The notes below the pieces were generated by a model. That model was given only the letters and a program-made list of their open reading frames with translations, ran no database searches and was not told the DNA's origin. From contig CAWHWQ010000008.1 in the NCBI GenBank assembly GCA_963833095.1, forward strand, positions 32,001-96,000: a stretch of 64,000 nucleotides of DNA. The letters are read 5' to 3'. The stretch's first letter is position 1. Every line of letters begins with the position of its first letter. Below, one piece after another: positions 1 to 9,856 of this stretch. A program made the translations under genes and the position numbers. The stretch comes from Vulcanimicrobiota bacterium (GTDB lineage: Bacteria > Vulcanimicrobiota > Vulcanimicrobiia > Vulcanimicrobiales > Vulcanimicrobiaceae).

Positions 1-487
1 AAAGCGCGAGCGTGGCCTTGCGCGTTTGAATCGAATCGCACGGCACCACTACGGTCATGTGTGGAATCACGCGCATAATCGCGATATCCTCGATCGCTTG
101 GTGCGTCGCGCCGTCGGGACCGACCGAAACTCCAGCGTGTGCGCCCGCAATCTTGACATTGCTTTCGTTGAGGGCCATGATCGTGCGCACTTGCTCCCAC
201 GAGCGCCCCGGATTGAACATCGCGTAGGACGCAATCCACGGAACCTTACCGACCGCCGCGAGCCCTCCCGCAAGCGCAACGAGCATTTGCTCAGCCACGC
301 CGATCTCGATGTACTGCGCCGGGTGCGCCTTCTTGAAGCCTTCCATGCGCGTCGATTCTGCGAGATCGGCGCAGATTCCCAACACATTTGGATTGCGGTC
401 ACCGGCCTCGATCAGCCCTTCGCCAAAGCCGTTACGCGTCGGAACGAATTTTAGTTCGCCGGCGTTGCGATAATCAACCAGCGACAT
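1..487 (-). CDS. Transketolase C-terminal (pyrimidine-binding) subunit; 3' end runs off the window
   Basis: Own translation from ATG at 487: MSLVDYRNAGELKFVPTRNGFGEGL...VKIAGAHAGVSVGPDGATHQAIEDIAIMRVIP, containing the GxDGxTHQ motif; start overlaps the stop of the N-terminal subunit. Confidence 0.92.
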   Translation of the reverse strand, partial: MSLVDYRNAGELKFVPTRNGFGEGLIEAGDRNPNVLGICADLAESTRMEGFKKAHPAQYIEIGVAEQMLVALAGGLAAVGKVPWIASYAMFNPGRSWEQVRTIMALNESNVKIAGAHAGVSVGPDGATHQAIEDIAIMRVIPHMTVVVPCDSIQTRKATLAL

Positions 488-1338
488 TCGCGACAATCCT
501 TTCGCGTGCAGCAGCGAGTTCGGCCAGTGCGGCATCGGCTTGCTCTTTGTTCGGTGGCTTGCCGTGCCAGGTGTAGTCGCCTTCCATGTAGCTCACGCCC
601 TTGCCGGGCACGGTGTTGGCGATAATCACCTGCGGCTTGCCTTTAATCGCTTTTGCGCGCTCGGCGACCTCGATGAACGCACCGATGTCGTTGCCGTCGC
701 ACTCGAACACTTCCCAATTGAACGCGCGATACTTGTCGGCGAACGGCTCGAGCGGCATCACGTCCTCGGTGCTACCGTCGATTTGAATGAAGTTGCGATC
801 GACGATGCATGTAAGATTGTCGAGCTTGAACTTGGCTGCCGTCATCATCGCTTCCCAATGCAATCCGCATTGATGCTCGCCGTCGGAAGTGACGACGTAA
901 ACGCGCCAGTCTTTCTTGTCGAGCTTGGCTCCAAGCGCCATTCCGGTTCCTTGCGCGAGCCCTTCGCCCAGCGGGCCCGAGGTCGTCTCGAGCGCGGGCA
1001 GCTTCACTCGCTCGGGGTGCCCTTGCAGTCGCGAACCAAATTTCCGCAGCGTCAGCAACTCCTCAACCGGAAGATATCCAAACGTTCGCCATTGCCGCAT
1101 AGCGTACCGGCGCGATGTGCCCGCACGATAGGAGCAGGCGATCGCGCTCGGACCAATCGGGCCGCTTGGGATCGTGGCGCATAATGTGACCGTAGAGGGC
1201 GGTGAAAATGTCGGCCATGTCGAGCGAGCCGGCCGAGTGCCCGGAACCCGCGGCGAGCAGCGAGCGGATTATACCCTCGCGCACATCGTTGGCCTTCAGT
1301 TCGAGCTCCTTGCGGTGCTGCGAAGTCAGGGTCTGCAT
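474..1338 (-). CDS. Transketolase N-terminal (TPP-binding) subunit; one frameshift at about 1090
   Basis: ORF 1063..1338 (GSGHSAGSLD, DRLLLSCGH) joins ORF 474..1100 (LQGHP, TSGPLGEG, SDGEHQCG...DRN, GKG..WHG). Confidence 0.93.
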
Positions 1339-1345
1339 ACCGCCC

Positions 1346-1354
1346 GTTATACCA
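1346..1354 (-). promoter_or_regulatory. Extended -10 element (TGgTATAAC) 7 nt before the transketolase ATG; probable leaderless promoter
   Basis: Minus strand reads ctctggtataacgggcggtATG; no Shine-Dalgarno. Confidence 0.55.
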
Positions 1355-1372
1355 GAGGCGCCCGCGACTGAC

Positions 1373-1745
1373 CTACGCCCGTTGTCGGCGAGTCTCGACC
1401 TGGTGGCAGGCTAGGCAGAGCGTCTCGAGATTCTCGAGATGGTGGAGGCAACTTATGGTGCGATGAGCGCCGCGGGCTTGACGGATATGATTGACTTCAA
1501 GCCGATCCGTTTTGCGCAGACGCTTATATTTTGGATGTGAACGCGGCGGCGGCTTGTGACCGCACCGCGTGCAGCGATAGCGGTCGCGACGTTTGGCTGC
1601 GCGCCGCGCCAACGTCCACCAATGATTGTTCCAAAAGCGCTCGGCGCAGCGATCGCTGCACCACATTTTTCGTCGAGGCGGTAACGGTTTCGCGCACCAG
1701 CGGCATTGGCCGTCGGTCCCTGCAGCGAGGACGCAAACAGTGACT
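1373..1745 (-). CDS. Small HNH endonuclease with Zn-finger motifs; start codon uncertain
   Basis: 3' part of ORF 1373..2074: CRWC..WCSDRC, RDRYRCTRCG, LEVNH...ENLETLCLACH; no in-frame ATG/GTG/TTG after the upstream stop (GTC at the expected position). Confidence 0.78.
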
Positions 1746-3492
1746 AACTGATCAGAGCGACGCGCGGGCTGCTTTCGATCCATTGGTTGAAGTCGATAAC
1801 CGTCATCGGCTGCGCGACGGCAAAACCCTGCATGTATTTCACGCCCGCCACGCGGATTGCCGCCCGATCGTCGGCCGTTGCGACGCGCGTCGCAATCACG
1901 TCCCAGCCGTACACGCGCGATAGTGCGACGATCGCTTCCATGCTCTTGCCGCGGGCGCCACCGGAAGGAAGCAGCGTGCGGGACGGCTTGACAAAACGCA
2001 CCGCCAACGACTCGAGCATCGGCAGATCGAGTTCGGTCTCGCCGAATCCGTCCAATCCGACGTAGAGACCACAACGTTCGGCTGCCTCGGCAAGATTGTG
2101 ATATGCCTCAAAATCACTTTTGAACTTCGTCCACTCGAGTTCTAGCGCGAGCATCGACGTATCACATCCACTTCCATCGACGGCGCGCAACACGTTGCTC
2201 AAGATCTCGTCGCTAGCTTGCCCGATATTCACGTGGATGCGCTCCACGCCTTGCGCGCGCCACTCGTGGGCGCAAGCAAGGGCGCGTCGCACGACCCAGG
2301 CGTCGAGATGCTCGATCGAACGTCGCGCCCGCGCTGCCTCCATAGTAATGAAGGCCGATTGCACGCCGTCTTGCGGATGCAGCGAACGCAACAGCGCCTC
2401 CGCCGCGACCACTCTCCCCGACTCAACTTCGAAGATCGGCTGAAAACATAGAAGAAATTCGCGCGAATAAGCGTCTTCGATGTCGGCTGCGAGCGGCGCC
2501 CAATCCGCTGGCGACTCTCCGGGGTTGAAGACGCAGTGCGACTCACGCTGCCGCTTGGCCTGATACATTGCAAGGTCGGCGTGGTGCAGCCATTCATCGA
2601 CGTCGGTCGCGTGCTCAGGGTAAAATGCGACGCCGACGCTGAGCGAAACCGAGCCCGCGCCGTGCACGATTTCCAGATTGCGCACCGCATCGGCCAGGCG
2701 TTTTGCCGCCGAGGTCGCTTCTTCACTGTTTCGCACAATAGGCAGAATTACGGCGAATTCATCGCCGCCGATACGCCCGACGAATTCATTGGCGCGCAGC
2801 GCGTCGCGTAAGGTGCTCGCGATCGTCTTGAGCACCATGTCGCCGTGCGCGTGACCGAACGAATCGTTGACGCCCTTGAATCCGTTGAGGTCGATGAAAA
2901 GCAGCGCCGCGTGCGTGCCGTTCCGCCGGGCGGCCGAAACGGTTTCGGTAAGCCGGTTCATCGTCGCCCAGCGGTCCGGCAGGCCGGTGACATGGTCGAC
3001 GAGCGAACGGGCTTCGACGCTGTGGACGAGTTGACGGAGCAATTGGGTGAAAACGTCGAGCAGCGTCTCGACGTCGGCGGCGAAGACCTCGCGGTCGATT
3101 CGTCCGGTGCGTTCCCCCAGCAACAACACCCACTCGCGCTCGCCGGCATAGAGCATCGCGCAGAGAGCGTCGCCGACGGAGGCCGCTTCCCGGAGCCGAT
3201 CGTTCCCATGCTCGTGAACTTCATGCTCGTCCCCGAGGGAAACGCGACCTTCGAGCAGGGAGGGGTCAGTCGAGAAGGCGCAGCGCAGCACGTCGAGCTT
3301 GACTTCGAAGATCGCCGCCACGTCCGCCCTGGTAATGCGGGCGGCTTCCTCGAGCGCCTCGACGATCACCTGGGGCAATTCGGTATCCAGGCGCTTGAGA
3401 AACGAGCGCATGAGTGCGAGGCGCTCAACGGGACGAGCGCCCTTCTTGGAAATGGTTCCAAAAATTTCGTCAAACACCGGCTTAGTGGTCAT
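1744..3492 (-). CDS. GGDEF-EAL protein with a GAF-like N-terminus; GGDEF intact, EAL domain degenerate
   Basis: DHVTGLPDR, FIDLNGFKGVNDSFGHAHGD, RIGGDEF; AEALLR is present but LDGFGETE replaces DDFGTGY. Confidence 0.92.
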   Translation of the reverse strand: MTTKPVFDEIFGTISKKGARPVERLALMRSFLKRLDTELPQVIVEALEEAARITRADVAAIFEVKLDVLRCAFSTDPSLLEGRVSLGDEHEVHEHGNDRLREAASVGDALCAMLYAGEREWVLLLGERTGRIDREVFAADVETLLDVFTQLLRQLVHSVEARSLVDHVTGLPDRWATMNRLTETVSAARRNGTHAALLFIDLNGFKGVNDSFGHAHGDMVLKTIASTLRDALRANEFVGRIGGDEFAVILPIVRNSEEATSAAKRLADAVRNLEIVHGAGSVSLSVGVAFYPEHATDVDEWLHHADLAMYQAKRQRESHCVFNPGESPADWAPLAADIEDAYSREFLLCFQPIFEVESGRVVAAEALLRSLHPQDGVQSAFITMEAARARRSIEHLDAWVVRRALACAHEWRAQGVERIHVNIGQASDEILSNVLRAVDGSGCDTSMLALELEWTKFKSDFEAYHNLAEAAERCGLYVGLDGFGETELDLPMLESLAVRFVKPSRTLLPSGGARGKSMEAIVALSRVYGWDVIATRVATADDRAAIRVAGVKYMQGFAVAQPMTVIDFNQWIESSPRVALIS

Positions 3493-3522
3493 TCGGCCTT
3501 CGCAGCAATCTTCTTGTAACCG

Positions 3523-5154
3523 CTACGCGAGCCAGACGCCCTCCTTCCCGTAGGTGGTCATAAAGTCCCATGCACTGACTGGATGCCCAAAATGATAGCC
3601 TTGTAACTCGCGGCAGCCGATATCCCGCAAAAATTCGGCCTGACCCGCCGTCTCGACGCCCTCGCCGATGACGTTCATGTGCAGAGAATCCGCAAGCGCC
3701 GCAACGGAACGGCAAATTGCGCGACTGTACCGATCATTTTCGGCGTCTTTTACGAACGCGCGATCGATTTTGATACAACTGACCGGGTACGATTTCAAAT
3801 ACGACAACGTGTTATAGCCGGTGCCGAAGTCATCGATTGCGATCGAGACACCGCTATCGCGCAACTGTTCGAGGGTTGCTACGGCGCTGGGAATATCCTC
3901 GATGAGCAATTGTTCGGTAACTTCGAGTTGCAAAGCCGAAGGATCCCAGCCCGAGTCATGCAGCGCGCTGGATACGTGCCCGATGAGCCGTGAGGACTGC
4001 ACGTGGCGCGGCGATACGTTGACGTTGAGCCGAACGTTTCGGCCGAGCGAGTCGCGAATGAGCATCGCGTCGCGACAAGCGCGATCGATTGCCCAACGCC
4101 CGATCTCGACCACCGCATCGCTCTCTTCTGCGATCGTGAGAAAAACGTCGGGCGTGAGTAGCCCGAGTTCGGGATGCTGCCAGCGCAGCAACGCTTCGGT
4201 GGCGGTGACGCCATTGCTCGACGCATCGATCAGCGGCTGATAATACATGGCGAACTCGCCGCGCTCGATCGCAGCCGGCAAATCGCGCGCAAGCCGGCTG
4301 CGTACGCTCATCTTACGCTCGAGCGCGGGGCCATAGCGCACGAGTCCGCCGCGCGCCGCGGTCTTAGCAGCATGCAGCGCCATTGCGGCATTTTGCAGGA
4401 GCAGCTCGCCGGCGCCATCCCGCCCGAGCGTGGCGACACCCATCGTTGTACGCAACACAAACTCCGCGTGGCCGGCTTTGAACGGTGCATCCAGCGCATC
4501 GCGCAGCTGCTCGATACGCCGCTCCACCACCGCGTGGTCTTTCGGTTCGATCAGCAAACAGGCAAATTCGTCGGATCCAAGACGCGCCACGAAATGTCCG
4601 TCGATCTCCAAAAAGCGCATGCGATCCGCGATTGCGCAGAGCAATTCATCGCCGGCGGCGTGTCCCGCGATCTCGTTGATTTGCGCGAAGCGATCGATGT
4701 CGAAGACAACCAGCGCGCCACGGGCAGCGCCGGTATCCGCGTAATGGTTGAGCGCTTCGAGCAGCTGATGTCGATTAAGCAGACCGGTGAGCGGATCGTG
4801 CGTCGAGAGAAACAGCACCGCGCTCTGCGCTTCGCTGGCATCCACACCCACGGCAACCGCGCCGGCGATTTCGCCGTCGGCGACGATGAGCGGAAATACG
4901 TGGCCGTCAAACGCGACGCCGCCGAAGTCGGCCTTTAACGCACGGGGGCGTCCGCGCAGCGCACCGCGAAGCGCGCGCAAAGCTGCACCGCTCAGCGGCC
5001 GCTGCTCCAAATCCATGGAATGCGGTCCATATGCGGTCGTAATGCGTAACGCTCGATCGGTCGCCACAACGATGGTGGGAACCGGTCCGCGCTCCGGCGC
5101 CAGTGCCACGGGTTCTCCCTTCGCCACACGTGAGCGGCAGGGCCGCGACGCCAA
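3523..5154 (-). CDS. GGDEF-EAL protein; EAL intact (c-di-GMP phosphodiesterase), GGDEF variant GSDEF
   Basis: HDPLTGLLNR, RLGSDEF, TEALLRW, LEVTE, IDDFGTGY, IKIDR, EGVET, QGY; true start may be the GTG near 5109. Confidence 0.92.
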   Translation of the reverse strand: MASRPCRSRVAKGEPVALAPERGPVPTIVVATDRALRITTAYGPHSMDLEQRPLSGAALRALRGALRGRPRALKADFGGVAFDGHVFPLIVADGEIAGAVAVGVDASEAQSAVLFLSTHDPLTGLLNRHQLLEALNHYADTGAARGALVVFDIDRFAQINEIAGHAAGDELLCAIADRMRFLEIDGHFVARLGSDEFACLLIEPKDHAVVERRIEQLRDALDAPFKAGHAEFVLRTTMGVATLGRDGAGELLLQNAAMALHAAKTAARGGLVRYGPALERKMSVRSRLARDLPAAIERGEFAMYYQPLIDASSNGVTATEALLRWQHPELGLLTPDVFLTIAEESDAVVEIGRWAIDRACRDAMLIRDSLGRNVRLNVNVSPRHVQSSRLIGHVSSALHDSGWDPSALQLEVTEQLLIEDIPSAVATLEQLRDSGVSIAIDDFGTGYNTLSYLKSYPVSCIKIDRAFVKDAENDRYSRAICRSVAALADSLHMNVIGEGVETAGQAEFLRDIGCRELQGYHFGHPVSAWDFMTTYGKEGVWLA

Positions 5155-5217
5155 CCGCTCGGTCGCACCCTCTGCCCGCGCTTTTACGGAACTTTTACCG
5201 AACCCCTGCCGAAGGGC

Positions 5218-6890
5218 TCAGTAGCCCAATGCGGCGCCGGCCGGACGACGGCGATCGGTTCCACCTTGCAGCGCACCGCTTATCGGATCGACAACGATCG
5301 CTTGCGCCGAGCCCCAGAACGGGATCTCTGCAAACGCGTAGCCGTCGCCGCGCAGAGCGGCAAGGGTAGCATCGGTGAGAGCGTTTGGTTCATATTGAAT
5401 TTGATCGGGCAGCCACTGCATGTGGATGCGTGGCGCATCCACGGCCGCTTGCGCGTCCATGCCGAAATCGAAAACGTTCAAGATCGTTTCGAGCGCGATG
5501 GTGATAATGCGCGAACCACCCGGGCTCCCCGTCACCATCGCGAGCTTACCGTCGCGCAGCACCATTGTCGGCGCCATCGACGAAAGCGGACGCTTTCCCG
5601 GCGCAATGTCGTTCATCTTGCCTTGGACGAGTCCAAACCCGTTGGGCACACCGGGCTTTGACGTAAAATCATCCATCTCGTCGTTGAGAAAGAAGCCAGT
5701 GTTGCCGGCGATAACGCTCGATCCGAACCAGTCATTGATCGTGTATGTCACCGCAACCGCATTGCCCGCGCTATCGACGATCGAGTAGTGCGTCGTCTGC
5801 CCGTTCTCGTGCACGTCGATGTGCAATCCCGGCTTGACCTGCGATGACGGCGTGGCGCGCCGCGGATCGATCTGCGCGCGCAATTGCGCCGCGTAGTCGG
5901 GGCTGAGCAACTGCGCGATCGGATTTTTCACAAACGCCGGGTCGCCGAGATATGCGTTGCGGTCAGCATACGCGCGGCGTTCCGCTTCGACGACATAGTG
6001 CGTTTCACGCACGCTGTGCCAGCCCCAATCGGCCAGCGGGTATGGCGAAATGATGTTGAGGATTTGACAAAGCGTTACACCGCCCGAACTCGGCGGCGGT
6101 GCCGAAATGACGGTTAGTCCGTGATACTCACACTGCAAAGGCGAGGACTCGTCAACCGTATAGTCAGCGAAATCTTGCATCGAAAGAATGCCGCCGTTCG
6201 CGTTGCTCGCATCGACGACGGCGCGCGCGATCGCGCCGCGGTAAAACGCCGAGGTACCACCGTCGGAAATCTCTTGCAGCGTGTTGGCTAAGTTCGTTTG
6301 CACGATGCGCTGGCCCGCGCGAGGCATCTTGCCGTCGGGCATCCAGATCGCGCGCACGTTGGGCTCTGAAAACGTAGAGGCACCGGTATAGCCCTGCGCC
6401 GCCGCGCCGTTGAACGGAACGAGATCCCCGGACCGAGCACGAAGCCGTCGCGCGCTACATGGATCGCCGGCGCGAGCAGCGTTGCCCGCGACATCGTACC
6501 GAACTCGATGCGCGCGCGCTCCATCCCCATCACCGTGCCGGGCACGCCGATCGCAAGCCAGCCTTTGCGCGAGCGATTGGGAACGACGTTGCCTTGCGCA
6601 TCGAGGTACATGTCGCGCGTCGCGCGCAGCGGGGCTTTCTCGCGAAAATCGATGAAGCGCTCGCGTCCATCGTGCATGCGGATCAACATGAACCCGCCAC
6701 CGCCGATGTTGCCGCAGCACGGATCGACCACGGCGAGGGCGTACCCGACGGCAACCGCCGCGTCGACCGCGTTGCCGCCGGCCTCGAGCACGTCGAGCCC
6801 AGCTTGGGAGGCGAGGCGTTGCTCGGTGACGACCATGGCGTGAGGCGCAGTGACCACGCTGAGCAGCGCGGTGAGAAGCAATGCGTGCAT
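5218..6890 (-). CDS. ggt: Gamma-glutamyltransferase; one frameshift at about 6430
   Basis: GGNAVDAAVA, NIGGGGF, IDFREKAP (ORF 6288..6890); PPPSSGG, TTHYSIVD, LNDEMDDF, PGKRPLSSMAP, GSPGGSRII (ORF 5218..6720). Confidence 0.95.
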
Positions 6891-6971
6891 GAGCGGCCTT
6901 TTCGCGATGGGCCGGTAAAGATTTCCTGTAGCCCCGGCCGCCTGAGGGTCAGTAATGGTACGATCAGCCCG

Positions 6972-7352
6972 ATGAGCACTTCGTATATCGGTGCCGACGC
7001 CCTGATCGGACCGATTACCCCCAACGTCGTCCCCGGCTTTGACGTGCTCAATCCGGCCAGCTACGCCGAGACCTCGACCGCGCCGGCGAGCTCCCCGCTA
7101 CCGTCGAGCAGTTCGAGCTCCACGAGCGAAGCCACGACGGGCCAAAACCCCTACCAGCAGGCGCTCTCGACCCTCGAAAGCTGGCAGAACCAGGTCCTTC
7201 AGCAGAGCCTTTCGGGCAATACCGCCGGTGCGGTGAACGCGCTCTACTCGTCGGCCGGCCTCAACGCCGATCAGTTTGCCCAGCTGGCAACCGAGCTCCA
7301 GAATTTGGGCTCGACGCCGGCCGCCGGCTCGACCGTCGACACCTCGGCATAG
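6972..7352 (+). CDS. Hypothetical 126-aa Ser/Thr/Gln-rich protein ending GSTVDTSA
   Basis: ATG at 6972 inside ORF 6459..7352; strong GC3 codon bias; extended -10 TGgTACGAT 7 nt upstream. Confidence 0.7.
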   Translation: MSTSYIGADALIGPITPNVVPGFDVLNPASYAETSTAPASSPLPSSSSSSTSEATTGQNPYQQALSTLESWQNQVLQQSLSGNTAGAVNALYSSAGLNADQFAQLATELQNLGSTPAAGSTVDTSA

Positions 7353-7472
7353 ACGATTCCGCCCAGCCTGCGGCCGCTTCGTGCGGCTGCCCGCCAGGGG
7401 CGCGGTGAGCGCTGCGCGAACCGAGCACGGTTCATTTAAAAGAGCAAAAAGCAAAAGAAACTAGGAGTTATT

Positions 7473-9776
7473 GTGCCCGAATCCGTGACCTTAGAGGTCG
7501 GCGGGCGCACGATGGTCATTGAGACCGGCGAACTCGCGAAGCAAGCCAACGGCTCCGCGCTGATTCGTTACGGTGAACAGAATGTCGTGCTCTGCGCCGC
7601 CACTGCCTCGCTAAAACCTCGCGAAGGCATCGACTGGTTCCCACTTACTTGCGATTTCGAAGAGAAGATGTACGCTGCTGGAAAGATTCCGGGCGGCTAC
7701 ATCAAGCGCGAAGGACGCCCGCCCGAGCACGCCGTGCTCAGCTCGCGTCAGATGGATCGTCCGATCCGTCCGCTCTTTCCCGAAGGTTTTCAGAACGACG
7801 TGCAAGTCGTCGCGACCGTGATGTCGGTCGATCCCGAACTCGACCCCGACGTGCTCGGGATTTGTTCTGCCGGTGCAGCGCTCGCGTTGTCGGACATCCC
7901 GTTCGACGGACCGGTAGCCGGCGTTCGCGTTGGACGCGATGAGAACGGTAAATTCATTGCCAATCCCACGCTACCGCAATATGTGACCGGCGGCATGGAG
8001 ATCGTGGTTGCCGGCACCGCCGATGCGATCATGATGGTCGAAGGCGGCGCGGACGAAATTTCCGAGGAAGATTTCCTCGGCGCAGTCGAATTCGCGCACG
8101 GCGAGATCAAGAAGATCGTCAAGGCGATCAATCAACTCGTGAAAAAGGCCGGCAAAGACAAGCGCGAGTATCCGCTCAAAAAGGTCAACGCTGACCTCGA
8201 CAAGTGGGTGCGCAAGACGTTTGCGAAGGATGTCGCCAAGGCGATGCGCATCGTCGACAAGCACACGCGCGAAGCCGCGTTCTCGGACATCAACGTCGCC
8301 GAGGCGCTCGAACGCGTCGGCAAAAAGGACGACAACGTCAAAGCGTTGCTCGAGAACTCGGACACCGCCAAAGAGTTCGGCAAGATCGTCAAGGGGATGG
8401 AAGAGGACGAGCTGCGGGTAATGGTCGTCGACGAAAAGATTCGTCCCGACGGCCGCAAGCCCGACGAAATCCGACCGATTTGGAGCAAGGTGCATTACGT
8501 GCCGCGCGTCCACGGTTCGGGCGTGTTTACGCGCGGACAAACGCAGGTCTTTACCGCAGCGACGCTCGGGTCGACCAGCGACGCTCAGCGGCTCGACGGT
8601 ATCGTCGCGCTCGAAGATAAGCGCTACATGCACTTCTACAACTTCCCGCCGTTCTCGGTCGGCGAAACGCGTCCGATGCGCGGACCGGGTCGCCGCGAAA
8701 TCGGCCACGGTGCGCTCGCCGAACGCGCGTTGCTGCCGGTGCTTCCGAAGAAGGAAGATTTCCCGTACACACTGCGCCTGATGAGCGAAGTGCTCGAATC
8801 GAACGGATCGTCGTCGATGGCGTCGGTCTGCGGTTCGTCGCTTGCACTGATGGATGCCGGCGTGCCGATTACCGACCACGTCGCGGGCGTGGCGATGGGC
8901 CTGATTCTCAAAGGTAAGGACTACTCGGTCCTTACCGACATCCAGGGCCTCGAAGATGCGCTCGGCGAGATGGACTTCAAAGTCGCGGGCACCAAGAAGG
9001 GTATCACCGCGATTCAGATGGACATCAAAGTCCAAGGCATCACAATCGAGATCATGCGCGAAGCGATGGCGCAAGCCAAGAAGTCGCGCTTCTTCATTAT
9101 CGACAAGCTCACCGAAACGATCGCCGAGCCGCGCAAGGAACTCTCGGAGTATGCGCCGCGAATGATCGTGATCAAGATCAACCCCGACAAGATCAAAGAC
9201 GTCATTGGACCAGGCGGCAAGATCATCAACAAGATCATCGCCGAGACCGGCGTCGAGAAGATCGACATCGAGGACGACGGTACCGTGTTCATCACGTCAC
9301 TCGACGGTGCGAGCGGCGAAGCCGCGCGACAGTATGTCGAGAACATCACCAAAGACATCAAGGTCGGTGAAATCTACACCGGCACGGTCAAGCGGGTGAT
9401 TCCGATCGGTGCATTCGTCGAGATTCTTCCGGGTAAGGAAGGCCTCGTGCACATCAGCCAACTCGCGCCCGAACGTGTCGCGAAGGTGGAAGACGTGCTC
9501 AACGTCGGCGATACGACGCAAGTCAAGGTGATGGAAATCGACGGACAAGGCCGCGTCAATCTCTCGCGCAAGGCCGTGCTTGCTCCGGGTTCGGAGAACA
9601 GCGGCGGCGGTGGTCGCGAGAGTCGTGGCAACGGCGAATTCCGTCCGCAGCGTCCGCGCCGTGACGACGCAGAGCCCGCCGGCGCAGTTGCCGGACCCGG
9701 CCCTGCTCCCGATGGACCCGGCGCGCCGCCAACGCGGCGACGCCGTCGACCGCCGACACATCGCGACGACGAATAG
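7473..9776 (+). CDS. pnp: Polyribonucleotide nucleotidyltransferase (PNPase)
   Basis: GKIPGGYIKREGRP, HGSGVFTRGQTQ, RREIGHGALA, SNGSSSMAS, GEMDFKVAGT, KH domain (VIGPGGK) and S1 domain; SD AGGAG at 7463. Confidence 0.99.
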   Translation: MPESVTLEVGGRTMVIETGELAKQANGSALIRYGEQNVVLCAATASLKPREGIDWFPLTCDFEEKMYAAGKIPGGYIKREGRPPEHAVLSSRQMDRPIRPLFPEGFQNDVQVVATVMSVDPELDPDVLGICSAGAALALSDIPFDGPVAGVRVGRDENGKFIANPTLPQYVTGGMEIVVAGTADAIMMVEGGADEISEEDFLGAVEFAHGEIKKIVKAINQLVKKAGKDKREYPLKKVNADLDKWVRKTFAKDVAKAMRIVDKHTREAAFSDINVAEALERVGKKDDNVKALLENSDTAKEFGKIVKGMEEDELRVMVVDEKIRPDGRKPDEIRPIWSKVHYVPRVHGSGVFTRGQTQVFTAATLGSTSDAQRLDGIVALEDKRYMHFYNFPPFSVGETRPMRGPGRREIGHGALAERALLPVLPKKEDFPYTLRLMSEVLESNGSSSMASVCGSSLALMDAGVPITDHVAGVAMGLILKGKDYSVLTDIQGLEDALGEMDFKVAGTKKGITAIQMDIKVQGITIEIMREAMAQAKKSRFFIIDKLTETIAEPRKELSEYAPRMIVIKINPDKIKDVIGPGGKIINKIIAETGVEKIDIEDDGTVFITSLDGASGEAARQYVENITKDIKVGEIYTGTVKRVIPIGAFVEILPGKEGLVHISQLAPERVAKVEDVLNVGDTTQVKVMEIDGQGRVNLSRKAVLAPGSENSGGGGRESRGNGEFRPQRPRRDDAEPAGAVAGPGPAPDGPGAPPTRRRRRPPTHRDDE

Positions 9777-9792
9777 TAGCCGAACGGAAAAG

Positions 9793-9820
9793 AAAGGGCT
9801 CGCAGCAATGCGGGCCCTTT
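9793..9820 (+). terminator. Intrinsic terminator hairpin after pnp
   Basis: AAAGGGCTCGCA-GCAA-TGCGGGCCCTTT: 12-bp stem with one G.U pair and a GNRA loop, 16 nt after the stop. Confidence 0.8.
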
Positions 9821-9856
9821 ATGCTATCATTCGTGAGCGGCGGGAGGGCCGATCCT

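Noticed and set aside
7971..9074. Long antisense ORFs (also 27083..28243, 62284..63294, 4174..4938 and others)
   Set aside because: These are shadow ORFs opposite well-supported genes, expected from GC-rich codon bias, and they contain no family motifs.
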